This document shows, piece after piece, positions 26,692 to 38,009 of a DNA stretch of 64,000 nucleotides. The notes beneath the pieces were generated by a model. That model worked only from the letters and a program-made list of their open reading frames with translations. It made no database searches and had not been told where the DNA came from. This DNA comes from Podarcis liolepis. Taxonomy: Eukaryota. The position numbers and the translations under genes were made by a program. Each line of letters starts with the position of its first letter. The stretch's first letter is position 1. The stretch lies in assembly GCA_965112155.1 (NCBI GenBank), contig OZ218099.1; one strand, 5' to 3'.

Positions 26692-27174
26692 CATTTGTAC
26701 TGAAGATATGAAGTACACTTTTTTTCTTTGATCTTTCGCTCTTGTACAGGAAGACTTGGCAAAGGCTACACTGAATGTTGGGTCCCAGCTCATCAACTGG
26801 TTTCCCTCACTGTTCAAATTTCAGTTGCATGTTGTACAAGCTCAGTTCTCTGAAAGCCCTCCCCAGTACAGAAATTGCCACTGCAATTAGTTTTCTAATA
26901 ATATTTCAAATCTACCCCATACCAAATGCTGAAATATCAGCACTGCAACCTATATATGCTCTGATGAATAAACTAATTTGTTCTGTATTTAATAATTTCA
27001 TGATGTTTTAATTATTTTATTGTTTTTTATAAGTTGATGGTATATAAATGCTTATTTTAAAAAAATTAAGTCTGCCCCATACCAAATGTTGAAATATCAG
27101 GACTGCAACCCATTAAAATAGGAGACCACAGTCAAAATCCAAAGCTGCCAGACAGTACTAGAAACAGGATGTTT

Positions 27175-28795
27175 TGTTTATTTATTTATATTAAACTTGT
27201 ATAGATCTCAGGGCTGTTCACAGCATAAAAATACAAGATTAAAGCACAAAATATATAATAAAAATAAGCACAAAACCAAAACACCAGTAACCTCTGTTCC
27301 TCCTGCCCAACACATTTTAAAGGGTATAGGATGTCTATTAGCCCAAGACCTGGTTGAAGAGGAACGTATTCGCTAGGCAGCTAAAGGTGGATAATGATGG
27401 CGCCAGCTGGACCTTCCTGGGGAGAGCACACCACAAATGGAGATCCACTGCAGAAAATGCTCCTTCTGTTGTTGCCACCCTCTCATGGAGGAAGCGCATG
27501 AAGAAGGGCTCATATGATGACTGCAGTTTCCAGGTCAATTCATATGGCGAGAGGCGATCCTTGAGATATTGCAGTCCTGAGCCATTAAAGGCTTTATAGG
27601 TCAAAACCAGCACTTTGAATTGGGCCTGGAAGCTAATTGGCAGCTAGTGAAGTCAGGTCAGGATCGGTGTAATATACTCAAACCGGCTTGGCCCCATGAG
27701 CAACCTGGCCACTGAATTCTGCACCAACTGAAGTTTCCAAACTAACTTCAAAGGCAGCCCTACATATAACGCATGTCAGTAATCTAACCTAGAAGTAGAC
27801 CACAGAAGTTAGGCTATCCCTGCCCAGATAGGGGCACAGCTGGGCCACCAGCTGAAGCTGATGAAAAGCACTCCATTCCACTGAGGCCACTTCAGCCTCA
27901 AGTGACAGCAAAGGATCAAGAAGTACCCACCCCCCAAGCTACATACCTGCTCGTTCAGAGGGAGTGTAACCCCATCAACAGCAGACAACCTCCCATCCAC
28001 CCAGTCTAAAGAACCGCTTCAGTCTTACCTGGATTGAACTGCAATTTGTTAGTTCTCATCCAGTTAATTACCAAGGCAAGACAACATTCCAGCACATCCA
28101 CTGCCATACCTGTAGACGTAAAGGAAAAGTAGAGCTGAGTGTCATCAGCATATTGCTGACAACATACTCCAAACATCTGCATAACCCCACTCAGCAGTTT
28201 CATGTAAATGTTAAGCAGCATAGGGGGGAAAGCAAATCCTGAGGAACCCCACACTGAAGGCTCCATGACGCAAAAAAACCACACTCAAGCATTATCCTCC
28301 AGAAATGTCCATCCAACTAGGACTGGAACCACTGCAAAAACAGTGCCACCCATCCTTAATTTGGACAGCCGCTCCAGAAGGATACCATGGTTGATGGTAT
28401 TGAAAGCTGCTGAGAAGTTAAAGAGAGTTAACAGGGACACATTTCCTGTCTCCTGACAGAGATCCTCAAACTGGGCAACCAAAGCAGTGTCTGTGCCAAA
28501 CTTCGGCCTAAACCCTCTTTGAAATGGATCTAGAAAATCAGTTTCTTCCAAGAGCACCTGAGTATGATCTGCGACCACCCACTCAACCTTGCTCATGAAA
28601 GGGAAGTTAGCAACTGGCTGGTAGTTGTTAGATTTTCTGAACTGAAGGTGGGTTTCTTGAGCGGTTTTACCACTACCTCCTTCAAGCAGGCAGGGACCAC
28701 CCCCTCTCACAAGGAGGCATTAATCACCTCCCTGCTAGCTTTTATCAGCCAAGAGGGGCAAGGGTCCAGAGGATGTTATAAGGTCAGCAGTGTGC
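27175..28795 (-). mobile_element. Degenerate L2-clade LINE (RT and 3' end)
   Basis: Minus-strand ORF pieces LDPFQRGFRPKFGTDTALV, FSAAFNTINH, YADDTQLYFSF (28141-28152), LQFNPGKTE, VLTYKA..YLKDRL; frameshifted; (TAAA)n-like tail at ~27175. Confidence 0.9.
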
Positions 28796-29812
28796 CATAA
28801 CCCCCATAATCTACCTGCCTCGAGTGAGTGAATTGTGTCCTGCCTTTAAATATGATTTAGATTTTTTCTCTATTTCATTTTATGCTAGTTTTAATGTATG
28901 TTATTCATTCATTCATTTGCTGTTGTTAATTCACTTTGAGTGAACTTTTGTAAAAAAATACCAACTAGTAAGTTTTTTTATTATTGTTTTATATAACCCA
29001 TTATCCAACCTCCCTAACCATAGCTGCTTACAACCAGTCCAAATACAGTAAAAAGGGTTTACAACAATCCTGAAACATCCTCAGATGCTGCCGAGTCTTC
29101 AGGGGAAGGAAGTCCTGCAATTGCAGATGTTGCCATTGAGAGTGTACACAGATGGTAATCTCAAGCAGGCTGGTATCAGCTGAGTGTTAAGACCACCAGC
29201 ATCTTTAAGAGGTGTACACCATCAAAGGGCTTTACAACCCAAACTAGCATCTTGAGTTGAACTGTATCCAGAAATCACTGAGGAAGAAGTGGAAATACTT
29301 GAAAGGGCTGTAACATGTTCCTTACAACCTGCCCCTGCCAGGAGATACACTCCTGCATTCTGCTCAAAGTTTAAAACGCTAGAACAGCTGGTATTTTGGC
29401 AATGATGAATTATCATGATGGGCACTCCATTGCTACAGAAATGATAAAAACAGTAGTGATGTGACAACCGTTTGAAGCTGCTATGTGACTGACTACATCA
29501 AATATCAGAGCAATAGTAATAGGGTTGCATGGCCAGAATATAAAATGGGGAATCAGTGATGCTCAGTGTGCAGGTGCCTACAAAACCACTAGTAGAAGGA
29601 AGAACTATAAAACATTCAAGTCTCTGTTCTGTGTGATCTCCCCAATTCGCAGTTTTAAAGGGCATTTTGATCAGATGACCCCTCTTTCAAGGGAAGTGTT
29701 ACAAATTGGAAAAAACTCTGCTATTAGTCCCACTTTACAACAGACTACTGGATTAAGTCATACTTTTTACTACAAATGGTTTTGTATGTAGTACAGGCAG
29801 CAGTTGGCAATA

Positions 29813-29972
29813 CAGTGGTACCCCGCAAGACGAACGCCTCGCGCGTCTTCCCCGCTGTCCCCGGACCTCTTTTGAAGCAAGGGGCGGCGGGGAGAAGATC
29901 GCTTCTCCCCGTTGCCAGCCCCTCTCTCCCCGGACCCCTTTTGAACCAAGGGGCGGCAACGGGGAGAAGCAA
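29813..29972 (+). mobile_element. Truncated Tigger-like element (one TIR plus GC-rich internal repeats)
   Basis: TA-CAGTGGTACCCCGCAAGACGAA (family-2 TIR), then two copies of cccggacc.cttttgaa.caaggggcggc..ggggagaag; no second TIR found. Confidence 0.7.
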
Positions 29973-30472
29973 TTACCACAGGGTACACACAATGATACAA
30001 TTCTCTTCATAGTGGTGGAATGATTATACCTCATATAATCAAATGGGTTATTGACAGGCTCCCTTACTAGAGCGTATTGTTAAATTTCTATAACATCCAT
30101 TTGAAGATCACAGGGCAGTTATAATATAAAACCACAGAAACGCATACCATAATAACAAACAAAACCAATAACTCCACACACATAGTTTAAGAGGCCACAG
30201 CTTGTTATTTATAACAGTATACAAACAAGCACATTATTATTCATATCAGATGCACATCAGTGTCAGTTTGCATATAGTAGTATGGGGGGGGGGTTCTAGA
30301 AAGGGGTGGTGAAGCTTGCTGAGCATCCACCCAAATTTGTTGAGCTGAAAGGCTGCCAGAACGCACCAAAAAGGTTCTGCTGAGTTCCAGCTTTAAAAAA
30401 AGCCCTGGTATTATATACCTGTTCCTAGTAATGGCAAGCTCTGGAAATGTTCCCATGTACCACAAGTAATTA

Positions 30473-30714
30473 CAGTGGTACCTTGGGTTACATACACTTC
30501 AGGTTACATATGCTTCAGGTTACACACTCCGCTAACCCAGAAATAGTGCTTCAGGTTAAGAACTTTGCTTCAGGATGAGAACAGAAATCGGGCTCCAGCG
30601 GCGCGGTGGCAGCAGGAAGCCCCATTAGTTAAAGTGGTGCTTCAGGTTAAGAACAGTTTCAGGTTAAGAACGGACCTCCGGAACAAATTAAGTACTTAAC
30701 CCGAGATACCACTG
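30473..30714 (+). mobile_element. Tigger/pogo-like MITE, family 1
   Basis: Same TIRs and body as 12510-12744; TA flanks. Confidence 0.9.
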
Positions 30715-30761
30715 TATTGCCAATAAGTCTGTAATCCTTAACTGAGGATACATTCATTATA

Positions 30762-31015
30762 CAGTGGTGCCCCGCAAGACGAATGCCTCGCAAGATGAAA
30801 AACTCGCTAGACAAAAAGGTTTTTCGGTTTTGCGTCGCTTCGCTAGACGAATTTCCCTATGGGCTTGCTTCACAAGACGAAAACGTCTTGCGCTTTTTTT
30901 AAAAAAGCCACTTGAAGAGGCGCAGTTGCGACGGACCGTGCTTCGCAAGACGAAAAACATCGCAAGACGAAAAGAATCGCGGAACGAATTCTTTTCGTCT
31001 TGCGAGGCACCACTG
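30762..31015 (+). mobile_element. Tigger/pogo-like MITE, family 2
   Basis: TIR CAGTGGTGCCCCGCAAGACGAA..TTCGTCTTGCGAGGCACCACTG, TA flanks, internal cgcaagacga repeats; near-identical inverted copy at 54399-54651. Confidence 0.9.
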
Positions 31016-32679
31016 TAGCTGCTAATAACGCGAGTGACATGTTCTTAGCCACACTAGCAGCAATAGTCATCTTAAGCCTATAGATGGCACATTTGTGTTC
31101 ATTCATGCACACCAAGGAAAGTATCAGCTGGCATGGAGGAAGTATAAGAGACATGTGGGATGTGGGTGGAAACACAGTTCAATGAGATTGAGCACACTCA
31201 GTGGCCACAGAATGCTGTTTTAAGTTTGGGAATAAGAACACATGGAGGGATGATGGATAAGCGTACCCTGGAAGACAGCACTCCATACTGCAACATTTTG
31301 TTGCAGATATAATAAGCAACTTTGTTTTATTATTGAATTGTCCAAAGTGCTGAAGAGCTGGTTTTAATGGTGACACCTAGGACTATTCCTAGAGCTGCAA
31401 GTATCCCTAACACAACTGCGCAGTCTTGGGTTTCTTACCTGTTTTGCACTGGGAGCTGAGTATTATTCTCCTGGGAAAACTGACATCTGAAGCTGTCATC
31501 TGAAGGATGAAACAAATAGGTAAGGTCAGGCATATAAGCAGCAGGATAGCCTAGGCCTGCAACTTAACTTCTGAGCAGATAGATGTCTCAGTAATCAGGA
31601 TTTTGACCATGTTTTATCAAATGTCTATTTTCTACAACATGTTGCAAGTATTTGAACAATTGTGATACTCCAGTGGCAGGCCCATGCAGAGCTTGTCTGA
31701 AGCCTGGGAAGTGTCTTGTCAGAATAAAGTTATAAACTCAAACAAAAAAGCAGCTGGTCCATGGAGGCCGCCTCCCGCCAACTTAGTCCTTCAAGTCCCA
31801 GGGCAAGTATACCTGGCTTCCCACCCACTTTTGCAGGAACATGCCACTGAAAGAGGGAGTCCCCATTTTCTGACACATTTCAGTCCCCAAGATTGCGTGG
31901 GAATAGCTCAGTAATGTAAGGGTTCACTTAATGCCACCCATTTAGTTGAATAATTATGGTGTGGTTGGTACCAATCATTGAAACAAATAGTTCTTATACC
32001 AGGGAGGTGCAGTGAGTGAAGTCTTGTGGTTTCTGATAGTATTGAGGCCAGAGCCAGATGTAAAACACTGGTTTCTGCCATGTGCAAGGGTGGAATTCAA
32101 CTTTTAAAATCTTTCTGTTCACCAATGATGTATAGCTGAAAGCACCTTGGGGAGGGGAAGCAATAACTCAGCTTTGTCCCTTGCTCTTTTTTTACAACAG
32201 GAAATCTGGGGAAGCAATGTGTGTTTGGGGGGGGGATAGCTTGAAAACATTCCTTTTTAAACATTAAGTTTTGTATTCTTTTTCTCTTTAATATATTGTT
32301 AGTGCTGGCTCTTGACATTTTTGCTTCTGTTTTTAATTCAATAATATGTTATATATATATTCAGATTTCTCCCTTCCAAGTAAAATGGTTTTTTTTTATT
32401 ACATGCATACCACGTATCAGGACTCCAGTTCACGGGCAATTTCACAACCTCCATGAGCTGGTGATGTCCAAATCAACTTATCTAACAAGCAATACTATTT
32501 ACATATGAACTAAGCCGAGGATTCCGTTTCCTCCACCCATTTTAGCATGTGACGCTTAAGGCGTCCTGAGAATGAGGATGTGCATCCTGATATTTTCACC
32601 AGCTATCATTGCTGAACTTAACTCTTGAAAAGCCCACAAGCACAGCATGACCATGACAGAACTCTGCTGCTGTTACCAA

Positions 32680-33360
32680 GGAACTAGTATTCAGAGGTAG
32701 AATGAAGGTAGAAGGTAGCTACCATGACCTTGATAACCCTACCCTCCATGAATTATTTAATCCCATTTTAAGCTAAAGGTAAAGGGACCCCTGACCGTTA
32801 GGTCCAGTCATGACCGACTTTGGGGTTGCGGCGCTCATCTCGCTTTATTGGCCGAGGGAGCCGGCGTACAGCTTCCGGGTCATGTGGCCAGCATGACTAA
32901 GTGAACCAGAGCAGTGCACAGAAACGCTGTTTACCTTCCCGCCGGAGCGGTACCTACTTATCTACTTGCACTTTGACGTGCTTTTGAACTGCTAGGTTGG
33001 CAGGAGCAGGGACCGAGCAACAGGAGCTCACCCCGTCACGGGGATTCGAGCCACCAACCTTCGGATCGGCAAGCCCTAGGCTCTGTGGTTTAACCCACAG
33101 CGCCACCTGCGTCCCTTAATTCCATTTTAAAGCTGTCTAAATTGGTGACTATCACCATTTCCTGTGGTAGCAACTTCCGCAATTACTATGCATTGTGTTA
33201 AGAAGTACTTTTGAATCTCCCACCATTTAACAGGTTATAACGTTATATGAAGGAGAAACCTTCCCTATTGTCCCTTTCTCTACACCATGCATAATTTTAT
33301 ACACTTTATTATATTCCCCCTCCCCAGCTGCTTTCCCCGCAAGCTATAAAGCCCCAAATG
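32680..33360 (-). mobile_element. Old CR1 LINE 3' fragment interrupted by a Sauria SINE
   Basis: ccctccatgaatt..aatcccattttaaagc..tcacca..tcctgtggtagc..aagaagtacttt..tctacaccatgcataattttatacac resembles the antisense 3' region of reptile CR1. Confidence 0.6.
32775..33115 (-). mobile_element. Sauria SINE (Squam1)
   Basis: Reverse strand begins gggacgcaggtggcgctgtgggttaaacc and ends ..ccctttaccttt; ~15-bp TSD ttaatcccattttaa/ttaattccattttaa. Confidence 0.9.
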
Positions 33361-33779
33361 AGTAGGACCAAGCATTTTACACCTACTGTAAAACATACAA
33401 CTAGTTGGGAATGAATGTTTTGTTTAATATCAAACTACATTTTTGTATTATGTTCTGTAACTAATAATACGCTTCGGCCCCAATCCACCTGTGGTGGTAT
33501 GTGGGTGGTTCCTTTTAACTCGCCCAGGTTGAATTCCTGTCTTTTCCTGTTTATATCCCAAAGTACACCTGTCAGGACGCACCTATGTTGACGTGCTTTA
33601 ATCTCCTTCACCAGTAATTTTAATTATGTTTAAATGTTTTAATTGCTTTGTTTTTATTGGTAATTTTAATATTTATGGCAAACCGTTTTGGGGTAGATCT
33701 GTTAGATATATAAACAAAACTAAAGGAAACTTGCTCAGTCTCTGTGCCCGGGAGAGCTAAAAAAACTTAAATTTGGATC

Positions 33780-34800
33780 TGCTTGGAGTCTTAACAACGG
33801 GGTCGGTTACTCCGCTCTATAGGAACGACCATGGGTCGGCGTTGAGGTGGAACCATGGCCGTAGCCAGGATTTTTGTTAGGGGGCAGAACATCAAATCTG
33901 TATGGATTATGTGGGGCTTGACTACGCCCACGGTTTGAATCCGAGTGGGGCCCTTCAGCTAAATGAAAGAAAAGGCCGTTTGTGCGTCGGGCGGGGTGCC
34001 ACTTCCCTTCCTTGAATCCCTGCGAGGTTCCTGGGAGTTAAACGGGCCTGAACAGATGGGGGTTTTCTTGAGGAAAAAGAACTCGGCCAATACCCGGCTC
34101 TTTCTTGCCAGCCACCATGCTAGAAACGGAGTCTCCTTCGGGCGAGGTCAGGCACCTCTCGGCGGGCTCGGAGTCAAAGCGGCGCCCTGAGCTCCGCCAG
34201 GCGAGCGGGGAGCTGCCGGGAGCAACAACAACCGCCTCTCAAACCCCGAGCGGGCTTTGCCCTCGTGGTCGCTCTGACGGGGCGGAGCTCTGCGCCCGAC
34301 GCTGCATTGAGGAGAGCTCGAGGCCCCGAGGCGTGAGGCACTCCAACTCCTTCGCCTTCCCCGCCCGCGGCTGCAGAGCTTCTTCCCACTAGCGCAGAGA
34401 TAGCGGCCTTCGCAGGGGGGAGGAGCTGGAGGGGCGGCTTTTTAAACGGAGGCAGGAGCGGCAAGGTGAGAGTGTAGGTAGGAGACCGATGGGGGAGCAG
34501 GCAGAGCTACTTACGGGGCTCACCTTCTCGGGGAGCTGAATTCGAGGCACCGTCTACCAAAGGGTTGCTTGGCGCCAGAATTTGAGTGGCTTTCCTCCCT
34601 TACTGCAGGTAGGAAAAGTGGCAAGACGGGTTAGGATTAGCACTCTTCTGACTGGCAGGAGGAATTGCATGGACTCCGCCACCTGAGTCAGCGGGGCGAT
34701 CATCCGACGTGGGTTTGGGGAAGATTGCCGACGGGAGACTTTCTGTGGAATTTCCATGGAAACAGCCTCCTAGCCTTTGGCCCCAAGGCAGGACTCCGTT
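33780..34800 (+). promoter_or_regulatory. CpG-island promoter of EPHX3 copy A
   Basis: GC/CpG-rich block ~0.6-1.6 kb upstream of the ATG; GGGCGG boxes at ~34279 and ~34432; TTTTTAAA at 34439-34446; homologous to the copy B promoter. Confidence 0.75.
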
Positions 34801-35252
34801 TGTAACAAGCCTGGCAGGAAGATAAGATAGCGACCTCTCTTATCCAGCCTTGCTGGAAGGAGGCGCTGTCGTTAACTATGTCTACTGAGAAGGAAGTCCT
34901 GTTGATTTCACTTGGGTTGGCCCCCAGGTATATGGGGTTAGGATTGCAGGCTTAGTGAACTTCGTTTGTTGTGCCAGGGGATTCCCCCCGCCCTCCCCGC
35001 TATGCCACCTGTAGCTTTTGTGCGAGATTCTGCCCTGCTCATTATAGGTCGCATCCCGAGAGAGATTTTGCATCTTGTTGCTTCAAAGGGAAGAACTCGA
35101 TTTCTGACGTCGACCTAGTAATGTCTGCCTAGGCACCCTGTACCATCCTTGAAACTTGAATAATGTTTTGTTAGTTACTTAAACTGTCATGTGTGTGTTT
35201 GAGTGTGTGGCCTAAAGACATTCTCAATAGCATCTAAAAAAAGAATCCTCCT

Positions 35253-35380
35253 ATAAGAAACTACCTTATACCAAATCAAGCCACTGATTGGCATCTTGTC
35301 CCAACTGGAGATGCCAGGCATTGAACCTGAGACCCTTGACATACAAAGCATGTTATCTACCCCTGAGCTGTGGCCTCTCT
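35253..35380 (-). mobile_element. Old tRNA-derived SINE (antisense), abutting the first coding-exon acceptor of EPHX3 copy A
   Basis: Reverse complement ggccacagctcaggggtagataacatgctttgtatg..caggttcaatgcctggcatctcc is a tRNA-like head with A and B boxes; degenerate homolog at ~46650-46715. Confidence 0.65.
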
Positions 35381-35406
35381 CTTACAGCGCTGGACAACAG
35401 GAGGGG

Positions 35407-35649
35407 ATGGCATCTCTCACACATTTCTTACTGGTCCCCACACGCCTGATGCTGAAGGTCTTTAATGTTATGTCCTGGCTGTCTATGTATAGTGCCGGTT
35501 GCCTTGCTGCTGTCTTCTACTGTTGGTGGGCCCTATGGCAGGTGGTGTCTACGGGCCCTTTCCAGGTGCTCCGCAAGAAGAGGCGGGGGACTCCACCAAG
35601 ATGCCTCACTGATGCCTCGCATGGGGAGCATGGCTTTGTCACGCTAAAA
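35407..35649 (+). CDS. EPHX3: EPHX3 copy A coding exon 1
   Basis: MASLTHFLLVPTRLMLK...PPRCLTDASHGEHGFVTLK (cf. human ..CLSDPSLGEHGFLNLK); acceptor at 35387, ATG in gggATGG context, donor AAA|gtgagt. Confidence 0.9.
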
Positions 35650-35792
35650 GTGAGTACAGTGGCAGGAAAGTGGGGGGGGGGGAGAGGCCATAGTCAGGTG
35701 CTCCTAGCCACAGTCAGGTGCTCACGGACAGCAGCTGAAGCAGGATGTGAAGGCAGGATTCTGGGCTGCTGGTGTATTTGAGAGACTGGGAG

Positions 35793-35990
35793 TAACATAG
35801 GAAACAGCCTATTTCCAGGTCAAACTATTTGACTCTCTAGCTTGATGTTTTCAATGGTGACCGACAGCTGTTCTTCAAAGTCTTAGGGGCAAAGAGTCTT
35901 TCTCATCAGCTGCCTCTTAACAGGAGATGTCACAGATTGTGAACCTGTCACTCTATGCATGCAAAACTCTTGAGCTATTGTCACTGAGCT
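35793..35990 (-). mobile_element. Old tRNA-derived SINE (antisense, same family) in EPHX3 copy A intron
   Basis: aacataggaa..cagcctat..gtcaaactat..ggagatg..gaacctg..atgcatgcaaa..cactgagct; homolog at ~47087-47258 in copy B. Confidence 0.55.
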
Positions 35991-36038
35991 CTTGTCTGTG
36001 TGTAACTGTCCTATTTCTCTGTCCTTTGGGGGCTCAAG

Positions 36039-36124
36039 AACTCAGGGCTGCGTCTCCACTATGTTGCTGCTGGCGAGGAAGGAGCCCAGCTGATGCTTTT
36101 TTTGCATGGTTTTCCCCAGAACTG
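36039..36124 (+). CDS. EPHX3: EPHX3 copy A coding exon 2
   Basis: [29 protein letters not shown]; AAG acceptor, donor TG|gtaagt. Confidence 0.92.
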
Positions 36125-36759
36125 GTAAGTGTCGCTGTGCTGTGTGGTAGTTAGAAGAAGTGCAGTGTCTGGAGCTGATATCAATTTACTGCAGGTGTGG
36201 CTCATGCAGGAAGTCAGCCCACAGATCTGTTGGCCAATGTGTTAGAGGAGTTTACTGCAAAGTTAAGGAGAAGGTATTGAACAAAAGGATTAACTTCCCT
36301 AAGGAAATGACCTAGAGGAGATGATGCTACTCAGCTACATGCTATCAAGTTTCTATGATGCACAGTGAATGACCATCGGGTGTTCACCATTAGTATTGCT
36401 ATTACCATGCCTTTCTTCCTGACAAGACTAAAGGTGGCTTTCGGATTAAAAACAAGAATAGCTAAAAACATAGACAAAAGCTATCATTAAAAACAATTAA
36501 ATCTTAATAGAATTAAAACTATATACAGATATAAAATCTATTTAAACCATATGAATAAGTACAATAAAAACAACACCAGTCCTTTCATTAAAAGCAGTCA
36601 ATTCCCAAAAGCCTGATGGAACAGATGAACAACAAGGGGTGAGCCATTATTCAAAACATATATATACAACAAATGGAGAGGCAAAAACTATAAAAGCTGC
36701 AGAGCAGGGAAGCTCTCCTCTCTACTTAATCCCATTGTGATTTGGCTGTATTTCAACAG

Positions 36760-36935
36760 GTTTGCATGGCGCCATCAATTGCAGGAGTTTAAGCGGGCAT
36801 TTAAGGTGGTGGCCCTCGATTTGCGGGGCTATGGCTTTTCCGACGCACCAGCTGGTTCTGAGCACTATCAGAGGGAAGCTCTGCTGGCAGATGTACATGG
36901 TGTCATTGACGCTCTGAGCCCCAGTGAGAAGAATG
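36760..36935 (+). CDS. EPHX3: EPHX3 copy A coding exon 3
   Basis: [30 protein letters not shown]...ALSPSEKN; donor ATG|gtgaga. Confidence 0.92.
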
Positions 36936-37169
36936 GTGAGAGTGAAAATGGTTGTTTTGGAGGAAGGGTCCGGTTTGCCACTGCAGTGGCTTGGCTACTG
37001 CCAATGGGAGGAGAGGGCCATGCATTCAACATACTTAAGCTTTCAAGTGTTACATTGATGCTTAATGGGGTTTCCTTGAAATGAATCAGTGTTTGGGTTG
37101 GGGAATTGTCAAGCAGGCTGATACTTGTCCACATTGTCCCTGTTCTGATGCCTTCTGTTTGTCTTTTAG

Positions 37170-37298
37170 AGATTTCTAAGTGCATCCTGGTGGGACATGA
37201 CTGGGGTGGATCCATAGCTTCTGAGTTTGCTGCCTGTTACCCCAATTTGGTAGAGAAGCTTATTATTATGAATGCAGTTCAACCACATGTCTTAGCAG
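37170..37298 (+). CDS. EPHX3: EPHX3 copy A coding exon 4 (nucleophile Asp)
   Basis: [43 protein letters not shown]; Asp codon GAC at 37199-37201. Confidence 0.93.
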
Positions 37299-37905
37299 GT
37301 GAGTTGTGCTATCGGGATTTGGTACTCACTACGATTGTGTGCAGCTTTTGGCATTCACTAATTAATTCTAAGCAGGATTGGAAAAGGGAGAGAGGAGCCT
37401 GAATCTGCCAGGGACTAGTCCCTGCTGCACAGTTAAATGGTCACTGTGACTGCATTGCCCTTAGGATGCAGAGCCTGCATAAGCCATCACTGTTACGCTA
37501 CAGCTCTTTTTGGAGGAAGAAGGGAGGTTGTCTGATCTATCTAAGTGCCTGACACCAACACACCAACACGGCTTATGATTAGATGAAAGCCTTGTACTAG
37601 GAGTACATTTAAAAACACAGCCACCCAGCTCCCCCCCCCCCACTGCTTGGACTGCAAGTTGATCCAGATGTTAAAGGGAAATAAATGAGAGCAACCCCAG
37701 TTGAGCCCTCTATTTTGAAGATAGTTTTCTGGTTGTGGTGATTTTGTTTCTTTTTTTTTATAAAGTATTTTTATTTCAGTAATGCACAAAATAGATCCAA
37801 AAGCAAATAAAAAGAACAAAGGGCCATATATTGGTTCTCTTGATGAGTAGTTCTGGTGATATTTAATGTGTGGCAGGGCAGCTTATTTTCCCTTCCACCT
37901 TGCAG

Positions 37906-38009
37906 AATATTTTTCACGATATCCCACCCAGCTGCTGCGCTCCAACTACATGTTCCTGTTCCAGCTGCCAAAGCTGCCAGAGCTCCTGTGGTCCTTAGAT
38001 GACTTCTAT
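37906..38009 (+). CDS. EPHX3: EPHX3 copy A coding exon 5 (first lid Tyr)
   Basis: EYFSRYPTQLLRSNYMFLFQLPKLPELLWSLDDFY; Tyr TAC at 37947-37949. Confidence 0.93.

Noticed and set aside
30473-31015. Regularly spaced short repeats resembling a CRISPR array
   Set aside because: Eukaryotic DNA; the repeats are internal motifs of MITEs bounded by TIRs and TA duplications.
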